From assembly GCA_040756235.1 (NCBI GenBank), contig JBFLZG010000087.1, positions 1 to 64,000 of the forward strand: a stretch of DNA of 64,000 nucleotides, in the 5' to 3' direction. This document shows, piece after piece, positions 37,409 to 46,608 of this stretch; the first letter of the stretch is position 1, and every line of letters starts with the position of its first letter. The notes under the pieces are model-generated. The model saw only the letters and a program-made list of their open reading frames with translations. It was not told the DNA's origin and did not search any database. Both the position numbers and the translations under genes were made by a program. This DNA is from a bacterium. GTDB lineage: Bacteria > Desulfobacterota > DSWW01.

Positions 37409-39787
37409 TCAGGGGTTTCGCTCGCAAGCCGGGGCCGGTGGCATCACACCCTTCCAGACTCCCCCGCCGAAGGTCGTGACGTACAGCACTCTCCGGTCCA
37501 GCGGTTCTACCGTCACGCGCTGCGTGCAAACAAACGGCAGACCCCGGATGCTGTGCCATGTGGCTCCGGCATCGACGCTCCGGTACACCCCTCCGTGGAA
37601 CGTCCCCGCGTAGAGAGTCCCCGGATGCTTCGGGTCGAGCGTGACCCCCCAGGACCAGGGTTCGTTCAACAACCGTCTCCAGCTCTTGCCGCCGTCCTTC
37701 GACTGAAAGACCCCTCCGCCCCTGGATTCCGGCCAGGGGACAGAGGTCCCGTAAGCCTCGAAGCCGGCAGGCGGCACGTCGAAACAGGCAACGTAGACGG
37801 TATCTGAATCTCGCGGGTCCATCTGGATATCGAACACGAAGTCCAGCGACACCGAGACGTCCAGTCGCTCCCAGCTCTCGGCCCCATCCCGAGAGCGGAA
37901 GATGCCTCCGCCAACCGGAACCCCGGCATGATAGGCGAGGGTCTTGGCACACAGAAGAGTCCCGTCTTCGTGAAGGCCAAGCCGCCAGACGTTCAGGTTG
38001 TCATCCGCTCCCAGCCCGCTGTTCTTGGCAGCCCAGTGCTTTCCGCCATCGACTGACTTGTACACCCCCCCAGGCAGGAATCCGGCATACAGCGTTCGGG
38101 AATCCTTCGGGCTGGCCGGGTCGAGCACAACGGCGGTTGCCGGCGCCTGCGGCAGGTCGGTGCTCCCCGTGGCGCTCCAGCTCTCAGCGTGGTCCGTGGA
38201 CATCGCGATCCCTCCCCCGAGTCGGGACAGATCCTCGGCTCCCCGCTTCAGCATCTTCCAGTGAGGGAGATCGTGGGCCCCCGCCCAGGCACCGAACAGG
38301 AGCCCCGGGCGCGCGGGGTCAAAGGCCAGTGCATAGCAGGTGTTGGACCAGGGGGAGCCCCGGCCTGCCCAGGCCCAACTCTCTCCCCCGTCCGGACTCC
38401 TGATCAGGCCGAAGTCCGTACAGGTGACGTACCTGCGACTCGAGTCATGAGGGTCGACGAGGTACGCGTACGCGGTCGAGACCTCGAGCCCGCGACTGCG
38501 CCAGAGGTCAGACTGCGGATGAGCGACGCGTCGAGTATGCACGGGGAACCAGCTTCGCCCCCCGTCCTCGCTTCGATAAGCACGCCCCGAGTCCGAGAAC
38601 ATCACCTGCCTGGGATCCTTCGGGTTGCATCCCAAGCCGAGCACGCTGCCGCCCCAACCCGGACGGAGCGACAGGGCGATCCAGTCCGGCGCAAGGTTGG
38701 CCGGCTTCCATCTGTCTCTGCCGGACAGAGCCGGCTCCCAGGACCGGCCCCCGTTTTCGGTACGCCACAGATTCGAGCCGCTCTTGCCTCCTCTGGGGAG
38801 ACTGCAACTGACGAAAGCCCGGTCGCCATTCCCGGGCGACATCGCCAGCAGCTCGTACTGAGGAAGGCCCTCCCCGGCAGGACGCAGCTCGAGCCCGCGG
38901 TTGGCAGGGTCCCAGGATTCGCCGGCGTCCTCGGAGCTGTAGACGCCGCCTTGCGACCGGCCGTCGGTGCGAACGGTCGGAAGCGTAATCAGAAGGGTCT
39001 GGCGTCGATTGCGCTCGTCCCAGGCAACGGCCACGTCCCGTGGGCGCCCCGGCAGGCTCCGGCTGATGGCCTTCCAGGTCGAGCCGTCGTCGTCGCTGCG
39101 GTAGAGCCCGTCTTGCGCAAGGACGAACACCCGGCGGGGTCCGCTCGAAGGCGAGGGATCGAAGACGATCTTCCGGACGGCCCTATTGCGGTAAGGCCAA
39201 CCCGGATGCAGCCGCCAAGATACGCCGCCGTTCTCGGACTTTACCAGGGCGCGGCGCTCTTCAGCGAGAAAACCGTCGAAGTGCGCCCAGATCACTTCGG
39301 GCCTGAGCGGATCCACCGCAATAGCCAGGGCGGCATCCGGCGCCGCCGGGTGGCACGCTCCGATCAAATGCTCCCAGGTCCTGCCGCCGTCTCGGGACCG
39401 CTTCACCCCTCCCCGGGTGGCGGCAAAGAGGGTTTCCCGGCTCTCGGGGTGGAACGCGATGGGAGCATTCAACTTGCGGATCTCGCGGCCGTCGATCATG
39501 CTCCAGGTCTGCGCGCCGTCTTCGCTCCGGTACACGCCGCCCATGTCACAAGCCGCGAAGACAAGCTTTTCATCATGGGGGGAGATGGACGGGTAATAGA
39601 TGCCTCCCCCCCCGCCTATTCCGACCGGCTGCCAGCTTACTTCCATCGACGCGCGGCAGGGATCGAGGCGTACGACCGACAGGAGGACCCCGACCAGGGC
39701 CAGGACGGCTCTCCGACTCAACCCGAGGCTCTCCCGTCCGACCTCACGATGGTTGGTCGCTCTCGACCGGCTTGCGGGCGAAGACAA
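37409..39787 (-). CDS. Secreted BNR/Asp-box beta-propeller protein (GH74/sortilin-like)
   Basis: Signal-like segment; GIGGGG..CDMGGVYRSEDGAQTW; more than ten SxDGGxxW repeats; TFGGGVWK. Confidence 0.8.
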   Translation of the reverse strand: MSSPASRSRATNHREVGRESLGLSRRAVLALVGVLLSVVRLDPCRASMEVSWQPVGIGGGGGIYYPSISPHDEKLVFAACDMGGVYRSEDGAQTWSMIDGREIRKLNAPIAFHPESRETLFAATRGGVKRSRDGGRTWEHLIGACHPAAPDAALAIAVDPLRPEVIWAHFDGFLAEERRALVKSENGGVSWRLHPGWPYRNRAVRKIVFDPSPSSGPRRVFVLAQDGLYRSDDDGSTWKAISRSLPGRPRDVAVAWDERNRRQTLLITLPTVRTDGRSQGGVYSSEDAGESWDPANRGLELRPAGEGLPQYELLAMSPGNGDRAFVSCSLPRGGKSGSNLWRTENGGRSWEPALSGRDRWKPANLAPDWIALSLRPGWGGSVLGLGCNPKDPRQVMFSDSGRAYRSEDGGRSWFPVHTRRVAHPQSDLWRSRGLEVSTAYAYLVDPHDSSRRYVTCTDFGLIRSPDGGESWAWAGRGSPWSNTCYALAFDPARPGLLFGAWAGAHDLPHWKMLKRGAEDLSRLGGGIAMSTDHAESWSATGSTDLPQAPATAVVLDPASPKDSRTLYAGFLPGGVYKSVDGGKHWAAKNSGLGADDNLNVWRLGLHEDGTLLCAKTLAYHAGVPVGGGIFRSRDGAESWERLDVSVSLDFVFDIQMDPRDSDTVYVACFDVPPAGFEAYGTSVPWPESRGGGVFQSKDGGKSWRRLLNEPWSWGVTLDPKHPGTLYAGTFHGGVYRSVDAGATWHSIRGLPFVCTQRVTVEPLDRRVLYVTTFGGGVWKGVMPPAPACERNP

Positions 39788-39861
39788 GATCAGGAAGGAT
39801 TCCGTTCAGCCATGTCAGGCGGCATGCAGCACGTTGGAGGAGGCCATCTGCGGAGCAACCG

Positions 39862-39898
39862 GCAGGGGCGAAAAATCTTTCGCCCCTGCTGCCCCTAC
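39862..39898. repeat. GTAG-type REP-like hairpin downstream of the beta-helix gene
   Basis: Perfect 12-bp stem GCAGGGGCGAAA-AATC-TTTCGCCCCTGC followed by TGCCCCTAC. Confidence 0.7.
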
Positions 39899-39961
39899 AA
39901 TGGCCCGTTGTTCAAACGGCTCCGTGCGCCGTGCTCCGCGCCCGGACGTCGATTCGCTCTG

Positions 39962-41359
39962 CTATGGAACGGTTGTGGACAAACCCGTAGGGGGTTGCGG
40001 CGGGACTGTGTCCGCCCCGGAGCCGAAGGTGAACCCGCCTATGGTGCCGCCGTATCTGCCTTTTCCACGCAGCGGTGAATTGTCAGGGAGGGTCGCAAAA
40101 TAATTCGAGTCGACGGTGATCTGATTGGCCGTGATCACGGAATGCTGCTGCCAGTTCGCGGTGGCGCGGTTCTGATTCTGGAACCGGTCTCTGATTGCGG
40201 TCGACGGAAAAGCGTTGTAGTCCACCCAGGTCCAGTAGCCCGTGCTGTCTCCTGCGTAGCGCCATTCACTGGGGACATCCACATAGAAGCAGTTGTCGTA
40301 GACCTCGCCCCAGGGTTGCGCGCTCGGATGATCGTTGGACTCTGCTGAAAATCCAAATGATTCCCCTGCGGTCGAGTGCGCGTAAGCCACGCGGGAGTAA
40401 CCGTTGTCGATCACGATGTTGCTGTGCCACTTGGCCTGGAAGGCTTCCCCCCAGTAATAGCCGAGCCCGTCGCAATTGTACACCAGATTGTGGTGAACCT
40501 GATACCCGGTCACGTTGTCGTCACCCTGGCCCCAGGCTCCCAGAGCAAAGGCATTGGAATTGTAGAAACGGTTGTAAGCGATTTCCAGACCATGAGCCGA
40601 ATCCTTGCAGTAGACGATGAACCTTTGAGAGGTCGCGCCGTTGAAGTTGTAGAACCGGTTGAACAGAATTCGCGTATAGCCGCCACTCAAGTTGCTTTCA
40701 AACATGCACAATGCGTAGCATCGTCCGTTGCCGTTCAGGTGATCCCCCCGGCTGTCGTGAAAGCTGTTGTTCCTGATGACGACATTGGAAGCATACGGGG
40801 ACTCGGCAGGAAACACGATCATGGCGGGATTGCCATCCTGCTGCCCGGCGGTACCGTAGGAGAACTCACAGTTCTGAATCACCACGTTGGGGCTGTAAAC
40901 GCTGATCCCCCCCTGGAAAGTGAGCCCGTCGATCACCTGATAGGCATACAGGGTCATGGAGAAATCATCCAGACCCTCGAAGACGGGCGTTTCTCCCGGA
41001 TAGTTCTTCATTACGATGCGGTCGGTCGCTCTCCCGCTGGTGGTGAGCCGGTTCAGCGAGCACCAGCTCCGATCGTTCCGTATGCCTGTGTACCTCCCGC
41101 CCCGGAAGAGAACGAGGTCACCCGCCTGAATCACGCCGGCTCCGCCTCTGAGGTCGAACCACGGCCTCTGCAGACTCCCGTCCCCGGTAGAGTTGCTGCC
41201 GGTCGGCGAACAATAATAGGTCCGGTTCGGCGTGCCGTCGGCAAAGTAGGTGGTGTAGTCCGGGGCGTTCTCGTAGAGTGGAAACCGGTCCGAGGCGGCC
41301 AAAACCCCGGACGGCGCCATGCAGATCATCAAGAGGACCAGCAGCAGTCCGATCTTCAT
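39962..41359 (-). CDS. Secreted right-handed parallel beta-helix protein (pectate-lyase-like fold)
   Basis: GAGGAGGA RBS; signal peptide; YYCSPTGSNSTGDGSLQRPW; AGDLVLFRGG; NYPGETPV; repeated IxNNxF Asn-ladder motifs. Confidence 0.82.
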   Translation of the reverse strand: MKIGLLLVLLMICMAPSGVLAASDRFPLYENAPDYTTYFADGTPNRTYYCSPTGSNSTGDGSLQRPWFDLRGGAGVIQAGDLVLFRGGRYTGIRNDRSWCSLNRLTTSGRATDRIVMKNYPGETPVFEGLDDFSMTLYAYQVIDGLTFQGGISVYSPNVVIQNCEFSYGTAGQQDGNPAMIVFPAESPYASNVVIRNNSFHDSRGDHLNGNGRCYALCMFESNLSGGYTRILFNRFYNFNGATSQRFIVYCKDSAHGLEIAYNRFYNSNAFALGAWGQGDDNVTGYQVHHNLVYNCDGLGYYWGEAFQAKWHSNIVIDNGYSRVAYAHSTAGESFGFSAESNDHPSAQPWGEVYDNCFYVDVPSEWRYAGDSTGYWTWVDYNAFPSTAIRDRFQNQNRATANWQQHSVITANQITVDSNYFATLPDNSPLRGKGRYGGTIGGFTFGSGADTVPPQPPTGLSTTVP

Positions 41360-41446
41360 GGTCTCGATCCTCCTCGCAAATGCCCCACGGGTGCGTGGCA
41401 GCTTCAGAAAAGAGATTCCGTCATTCCATCCATCACCGAAATCTTT

Positions 41447-41462
41447 AGCAAAACGCGTGCCA
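41447..41462 (-). promoter_or_regulatory. sigma54 (-24/-12) promoter
   Basis: Minus strand TGGCACG-CGTT-TTGCT is an exact match to TGGCACG-N4-TTGCW; 88 nt upstream of the beta-helix ATG; AT-rich tract just upstream. Confidence 0.8.
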
Positions 41463-41638
41463 TTTATATCATAAAAAACATTTCTGGTGAATCCCGCCAA
41501 CCAAGTTACTTTTTTGGATGCTCTCGGATGACTCCCCGCATCATCTTGCTTACACGATTGTGATCGGGACCTGCTCCGTCAAAACAAAACCGTATTCCTG
41601 CCAACCGGTTTTCTCGAGAAGAGCCTGCCCGGCTCCTG

Positions 41639-42925
41639 CTAGGTGACCGGACGCACACCCCCGTCCGGCTGCCCCGGGGAGCTTCGCGCCCTTGCAGCCA
41701 CTCTTGCCGCGAGCTTGCGCAGAGCCCACCCGACCAGGAACAGAAACGGCCGCGGGTCCCCTGCATTCCAGTATCTGAACGATTTCCGCCCGCACAACGG
41801 GCGCAAGATCTCGGCGGGCCTGGTCGTGCCCTTGAGCAGAGAATGGCACACGGCAGCCAGATCATGAGGCTCGTCGATCCACATCACGGGGCTCTTCGGC
41901 CGGACGCTTGAAGGGGCCGGACCGACCCCGGTCATCCCCTCGGTCAAGGCATGGTATGCCTCCAGCGGCAGGTTCACGCCGTTGGCGGTGGCGATGTAGG
42001 ACTGATGATCCGGTCTGCCGACGGTCGGTTCGATCATGTAATACTTCTTTGAAAGCGCATGCTGCTTGAATTCCATGGACCCGAAACCCTGATAGTTCAC
42101 CTGGCGGAAGAACCGGATGGTCGCAGCGGCGATTTCCTCGTCTTCGCACGGGACCGCAGACGCCGTGTCCCCGGTCAGCGGCGGCCATTGTCGCAGCTTG
42201 CGCCCGCAGAAGAAGCCGCGGCATTCGCTCTTCCCGTCAAAGTAGACCAGACAGAAGTAGATGGAATCATCCCCCCCCGGGACCAGCTCCTGCAGGATCA
42301 GGTTGTCTTCGACCCCGATGACTCGATCCAGGACCTGCCTGCACGGGTCGCGGTCTTCGATGATGATGGCCTTGTCCAGTCCGGCCGCCTTCCAGCTTGC
42401 GCTCTTGGTGAATGGCTTGATGACATAGGGGGGAGGGACGGCCGCCACGGCCGCCTCGATGCCCTGTCGTCCGTGAATGTGGATGGTGACCGGGATCAAG
42501 CACTTCAGTTGCTCGGCCAGGGCCTGGAATTTCTGCTTCTCCATCAGCCGGAGCAGGGTCTCCGTGTCCGGGAGGTGAAAGCGGAAGTGCCTGGACAGGG
42601 TTTCCCTGTGCCGGCTGCAAAACAGGACCAGGGGATCGGAGGTCACGAACAATACCGGTCTCTCGCCGAGCCGCTGCGATACCCGTGTCAGCAACTGCAA
42701 CAGGTGCTCATCATCCTTGTACGCGATCACCTCTTCACACAGCCGCGTGTGGGCTTCGGGCACGGACAGGTCCTTTTCAAACCCGATCACGGGCACGCCC
42801 CCCGCCGCCAGCGAGCGGATGACGCCGTAACCCGTGTCCGCGACCCCCAGGACGACCGCATGGGGATGCAGGCGGCCGTTCCTCACGCCACTCTGCGCCG
42901 AGATTCGAGCCATTTCTCCATGCAC
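41639..42925 (-). CDS. ATP-grasp carboxylate-amine ligase (D-aspartate-ligase-like)
   Basis: GYGVIRSL; MEKQKF; PYVIKP; ILQELVPGGD; GRKLRQWP; MEFK..YYMIE; GVNLP. Confidence 0.82.
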   Translation of the reverse strand: MHGEMARISAQSGVRNGRLHPHAVVLGVADTGYGVIRSLAAGGVPVIGFEKDLSVPEAHTRLCEEVIAYKDDEHLLQLLTRVSQRLGERPVLFVTSDPLVLFCSRHRETLSRHFRFHLPDTETLLRLMEKQKFQALAEQLKCLIPVTIHIHGRQGIEAAVAAVPPPYVIKPFTKSASWKAAGLDKAIIIEDRDPCRQVLDRVIGVEDNLILQELVPGGDDSIYFCLVYFDGKSECRGFFCGRKLRQWPPLTGDTASAVPCEDEEIAAATIRFFRQVNYQGFGSMEFKQHALSKKYYMIEPTVGRPDHQSYIATANGVNLPLEAYHALTEGMTGVGPAPSSVRPKSPVMWIDEPHDLAAVCHSLLKGTTRPAEILRPLCGRKSFRYWNAGDPRPFLFLVGWALRKLAARVAARARSSPGQPDGGVRPVT

Positions 42926-42928
42926 TCC

Positions 42929-43600
42929 TCAGGCCGGCAAGGTCCTGCGAATGAGGATGCCGCATATTCTCCAGCACACGACCCGGCGCTGTCTGACCCA
43001 CCCGAGGTCATGCACGATCTTGTGGACGGTCGCATTGCCGGCTCCGGTGGATGCGACGAGCCGTTTCACCCCCAGGCTCATCGCCCGGCTGATCCTGGCG
43101 TTGTACAGAGCAAGATGGATGTTGGATCCGCGATATTTCGGGTCCACGACCACCCGATAGGTATACCCTTCCGTCCGGCTGAAATTCAGCCATGGGCTTC
43201 GTGCGATCACTCTGTATTCGAGACCGGGGAAATACGTACGCACCGTCGTCAGCCATGCCGTTCCGATGGCCGTGTTGTCGTACATGGCAACGAATCCATG
43301 CTCCCCGTTCTCCAGCCTCGCCCTGACGTTCTCGAGCGTCAGCTCCCGGTGCAGGAAAGAGAGATCCATGGGCTCCCTCAGCTCCTCGACCTCGTAGGGA
43401 ATCTTGCGGGGCGGCTCGGATTCCGTCCTCAGCGGTTCCAGCGTATACACATATCCTTCAAATCTCTCGTAAACAGACCCCTTCAGAAAACCCCAGAGCG
43501 CTCTCCAGCGCCCGGCTCCGCCTTCCCTCCCGCAGTTCGCCCGGAACCGATGCCACCGCTCCGACTGGTGCCGGATGAAACCCCCGGATCTGCTCATCAT
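42929..43600 (-). CDS. GNAT-like acetyltransferase
   Basis: VDPKYRGSNI motif; paralog at 36703-37401. Confidence 0.72.
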   Translation of the reverse strand: MMSRSGGFIRHQSERWHRFRANCGREGGAGRWRALWGFLKGSVYERFEGYVYTLEPLRTESEPPRKIPYEVEELREPMDLSFLHRELTLENVRARLENGEHGFVAMYDNTAIGTAWLTTVRTYFPGLEYRVIARSPWLNFSRTEGYTYRVVVDPKYRGSNIHLALYNARISRAMSLGVKRLVASTGAGNATVHKIVHDLGWVRQRRVVCWRICGILIRRTLPA

Positions 43601-44787
43601 GATGGGCCCTTCTTGGCGGCCTTCAGCCGTTCGTACAAGTCCAGAGTCTTCTCAGCCATGGCCTGCGCGGAAAACCTCTCGATGACGGTCCTGTGCCCGT
43701 TCTCGGCAAGTGCATGTGCCCGATCGGGGTCTCGCAGCAGCGCCAGGATTTCCCTTTTCATGGCTTCCGCGTCCCCCACCCCGACGAGGACGCCGTTGAA
43801 GCCCGAGCGGATGACTTCGGGTATCCCGCCTGCTCTCGTGGATACGATCGGCTTGCGCAAGAGCAGCGCTTCCAGCAACACATAAGGGATGCCTTCGTGG
43901 TCCGAGCAGATGACCATCAGGTCCAGCCGCTGCAGGTACTCGAGGACGTTGGGCCTGTGGCCCATCAGCTTGACGTGTCCGCCCATGCCCGCCTCGGCGA
44001 TCTTCCTCTCGATGGCCGTGCGGAGAGGGCCGTCGCCGAGAATCACGAACTCCACATCGCTCCGTTCCCGGCAAATCTCCTGGGCAACGCGAACAAAGAG
44101 ATCGTGTCTCTTGGCTTCCACCAGCCTGCCGATGATCCCGATCGCCTTCTTGCCGGGATCCAGGCCCAGCTCTTCCCGCGTCTTCCGTGCAACGTTCTCG
44201 CAGCCGATGTCCACGCCGTTGTGAATCGTGGTGATCCTTTCGGCCCCCATCCGGTACTTGTCCAGAATGCTTTGCCTGACGTTCTCCGACACGACCACGG
44301 AATGCGTGCCGGCCAGTCTCGACAGGCGGAACATGATCCGGACATAGAGGTTCATCTTCCATGACGGATGTCTCTCGGCACGCTGGTGCGCCGTGGTCAA
44401 GGTGAGCACGCTTTGCGGCAGCGTCAGGGCCGCGATCTGTCCGTGGATCGCGGCCAGATAGCCGTGCATGTGCAGGATCTCCACGCGGTGGCTGCGCACG
44501 ACCGAGCGCAGCCGACGGATGACGGCCGGATCCAGCTTGCAGGTTCGCCGCAGACAGAGACAGCGCACGCCGATCTGCTCCAGCCTTTTCTTGAGCGGCC
44601 CGTCGTAGAAGCACGCGAACAGGATCTCCCCGACTCTGGGGCTCCTCTTCATTTCCTTGAGCAGGGCGCAGATGTGCGTTTCGATGCCGGCCAGCGATGC
44701 ACCCTCGGCCAGATGCAGCACACGGACCTGTTCCCCCCTGGAAGCCCCTGCCGCCTCCGCTTCGAACGCCTCCTGCACGCCGGGCAT
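43597..44787 (-). CDS. GT4 glycosyltransferase
   Basis: IHNGVD; GRLVEAKRH; SDHEGIPYVLLEA; ATG at 44787 after GGAGG. Confidence 0.92.
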   Translation of the reverse strand: MPGVQEAFEAEAAGASRGEQVRVLHLAEGASLAGIETHICALLKEMKRSPRVGEILFACFYDGPLKKRLEQIGVRCLCLRRTCKLDPAVIRRLRSVVRSHRVEILHMHGYLAAIHGQIAALTLPQSVLTLTTAHQRAERHPSWKMNLYVRIMFRLSRLAGTHSVVVSENVRQSILDKYRMGAERITTIHNGVDIGCENVARKTREELGLDPGKKAIGIIGRLVEAKRHDLFVRVAQEICRERSDVEFVILGDGPLRTAIERKIAEAGMGGHVKLMGHRPNVLEYLQRLDLMVICSDHEGIPYVLLEALLLRKPIVSTRAGGIPEVIRSGFNGVLVGVGDAEAMKREILALLRDPDRAHALAENGHRTVIERFSAQAMAEKTLDLYERLKAAKKGPS

Positions 44788-44806
44788 GCTGGCCGTCCTC
44801 CGCTGC

Positions 44807-45592
44807 CTATTTTTCTCGGAACCCGTCCAGGACGCGAAGCGCATCGTAAGCCCGAAGCAGCCGCAGACTTCGCTTCCTCATCCCCAGCGAATTCCTGCGC
44901 AGCAGGTGCGGATCAGCGCTCCTGCCGTTGGTTCCCTGTTTGACGCTGAACCCCAGCCGAAACTGCTTGGAGTTGAATTGCCTCAGCGCGTCGCTCGATT
45001 CGCCGTAGGGGTAGGCGAAATACCGGATCGGTCGATCCAACAGATCTTCCAAGCGGATTTTCGAGTCCAGGATCTCCCTTTGAGCTTCTGCCGGCGGCAA
45101 AGCTCTCAGGTTGGGGTGGGAACAGGTATGGGCCCCGATTTCCACCAGCGGGTGCCGGGCCAGTTGTACGAGCTCGCTCGATTCGAGCGAGAGGAACTGG
45201 TCATGCGCCCGGGCGGGCTCCCCCCTCCACCGAACGAAGGAATAAGGCCTCTTCTGGTCCAGGTAGTCCGTGGTCACGAACAGGATGCTCGGGACGTTGT
45301 GTGCTTCAAACACCGGGAGCATTTCCAGGGCGTAATTCCGGAATCCGTCGTCCACGGTAATGAGCACGGGGCAGGCGGGCAGCTCGCCCGCTTCCAGCAG
45401 ATAGCGCTCGAGAGAGGCGCCGGAGATGAAGTGAAAGCCGTTCCTCTCGAGCCAGGTGATCTGTTCGAGAAAGGAGACAAGCGGGATGCCGCTGCGAGGC
45501 GTCACGGCATCCGGATTGCGCAGGACGCAGTGGTACGCCAGGACGACCACGCGTCTGCGGTAGACCCGCCGGATGATGGCCGGTTCCAGCAT
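44807..45592 (-). CDS. Polysaccharide deacetylase (CE4, IcaB-like)
   Basis: LAYH; ITVDDG; IGAHTCSHP; FAYPYG. Confidence 0.9.
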   Translation of the reverse strand: MLEPAIIRRVYRRRVVVLAYHCVLRNPDAVTPRSGIPLVSFLEQITWLERNGFHFISGASLERYLLEAGELPACPVLITVDDGFRNYALEMLPVFEAHNVPSILFVTTDYLDQKRPYSFVRWRGEPARAHDQFLSLESSELVQLARHPLVEIGAHTCSHPNLRALPPAEAQREILDSKIRLEDLLDRPIRYFAYPYGESSDALRQFNSKQFRLGFSVKQGTNGRSADPHLLRRNSLGMRKRSLRLLRAYDALRVLDGFREK

Positions 45593-45596
45593 GGCG

Positions 45597-46601
45597 TTAA
45601 GCAGAGGCCCCTCTCTTCCTCAGCCGATCGTATCCGATCAGAACCAGAGAACAGCTCCTGGAGACGCCGTACAGGTAATACAGGATCGTGAGGACGGGAA
45701 GATAGCGCAGCGTTCCGTTGCGCAGGCTCTTCTTCAGAGCCAGGAGCGCCACCGGCAGCCCTTCCAGGGCGAGGATCCCGCCCACGGCGTAGAAAGGTCC
45801 CGGAGTCCAGCGCAGCAGACCGATGCCCAGGCAACAGAGCAAAGCCGCATTCAGAAACAGGTAGAGAGCAGACAGCAAGAGCGGTCGGGATGCCCCCGGG
45901 TCCTTGAAATCGGCGACCATGCCCCGGCCGTGCCAGATCTCGCGTCTGGCGAACTCTCCGAGCGTCTGCGGATACCCGTAGTGGTAAGAGGTCACGCGAT
46001 GGTCGGAGACAACCTTGTACCCCCTCTGCCGTATTCGAGAGCACAGCTCGAAGTCCTCGCCGCTCGGCAGGACTTCGCTGAATCCGCCCACCTCATCGAA
46101 CAGGCTTCTTCTGAGGATCATGTTGGCCGAACCCACATAATCGACCTCGCCGATCAGATCCGCCTGGCGGTGTGAGAACCAGGCTTTCTGGATCAGGTTG
46201 CTTCCGGCCGGAAGACCAGGGGGCGAGCCCACGACGCCGATTCCGTTGCCGTTGGTCTCGAAATACCTCATGAAGGATGCCGCCCAGTCTCGGCCAACCT
46301 CACAATCGGCGTCCACGAAGGCGAGCACCTCGCCCCGCGCGACTCTCGCCCCGTGGTTCCTCAGGGCTCCGATCGTTCCCCCGGTCTTGCGGAGGACTTT
46401 CGCACCCCACGCCTCGGCGATTTCTCTGGAGCGGTCGATCGAGCCGTTGTCCACGACGATCACCTCGATCGCCCCGCCGTCGTAGTTCAGCCCGCCGATG
46501 GACACGAGACAACGCGACAGGTTCTCCTGCTCATTCAGGCAAGGGATGACGATCGATACGGATCCCTTGCGGTTCCCGCTGCCAGCATCTTCTTCGGGCA
46601 T
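45597..46601 (-). CDS. GT2 glycosyltransferase
   Basis: IPCLNE; VVDNGSID; AFVDAD; GEDFELC; REIWHG. Confidence 0.9.
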   Translation of the reverse strand: MPEEDAGSGNRKGSVSIVIPCLNEQENLSRCLVSIGGLNYDGGAIEVIVVDNGSIDRSREIAEAWGAKVLRKTGGTIGALRNHGARVARGEVLAFVDADCEVGRDWAASFMRYFETNGNGIGVVGSPPGLPAGSNLIQKAWFSHRQADLIGEVDYVGSANMILRRSLFDEVGGFSEVLPSGEDFELCSRIRQRGYKVVSDHRVTSYHYGYPQTLGEFARREIWHGRGMVADFKDPGASRPLLLSALYLFLNAALLCCLGIGLLRWTPGPFYAVGGILALEGLPVALLALKKSLRNGTLRYLPVLTILYYLYGVSRSCSLVLIGYDRLRKRGASA

Positions 46602-46608
46602 GCCGTCC

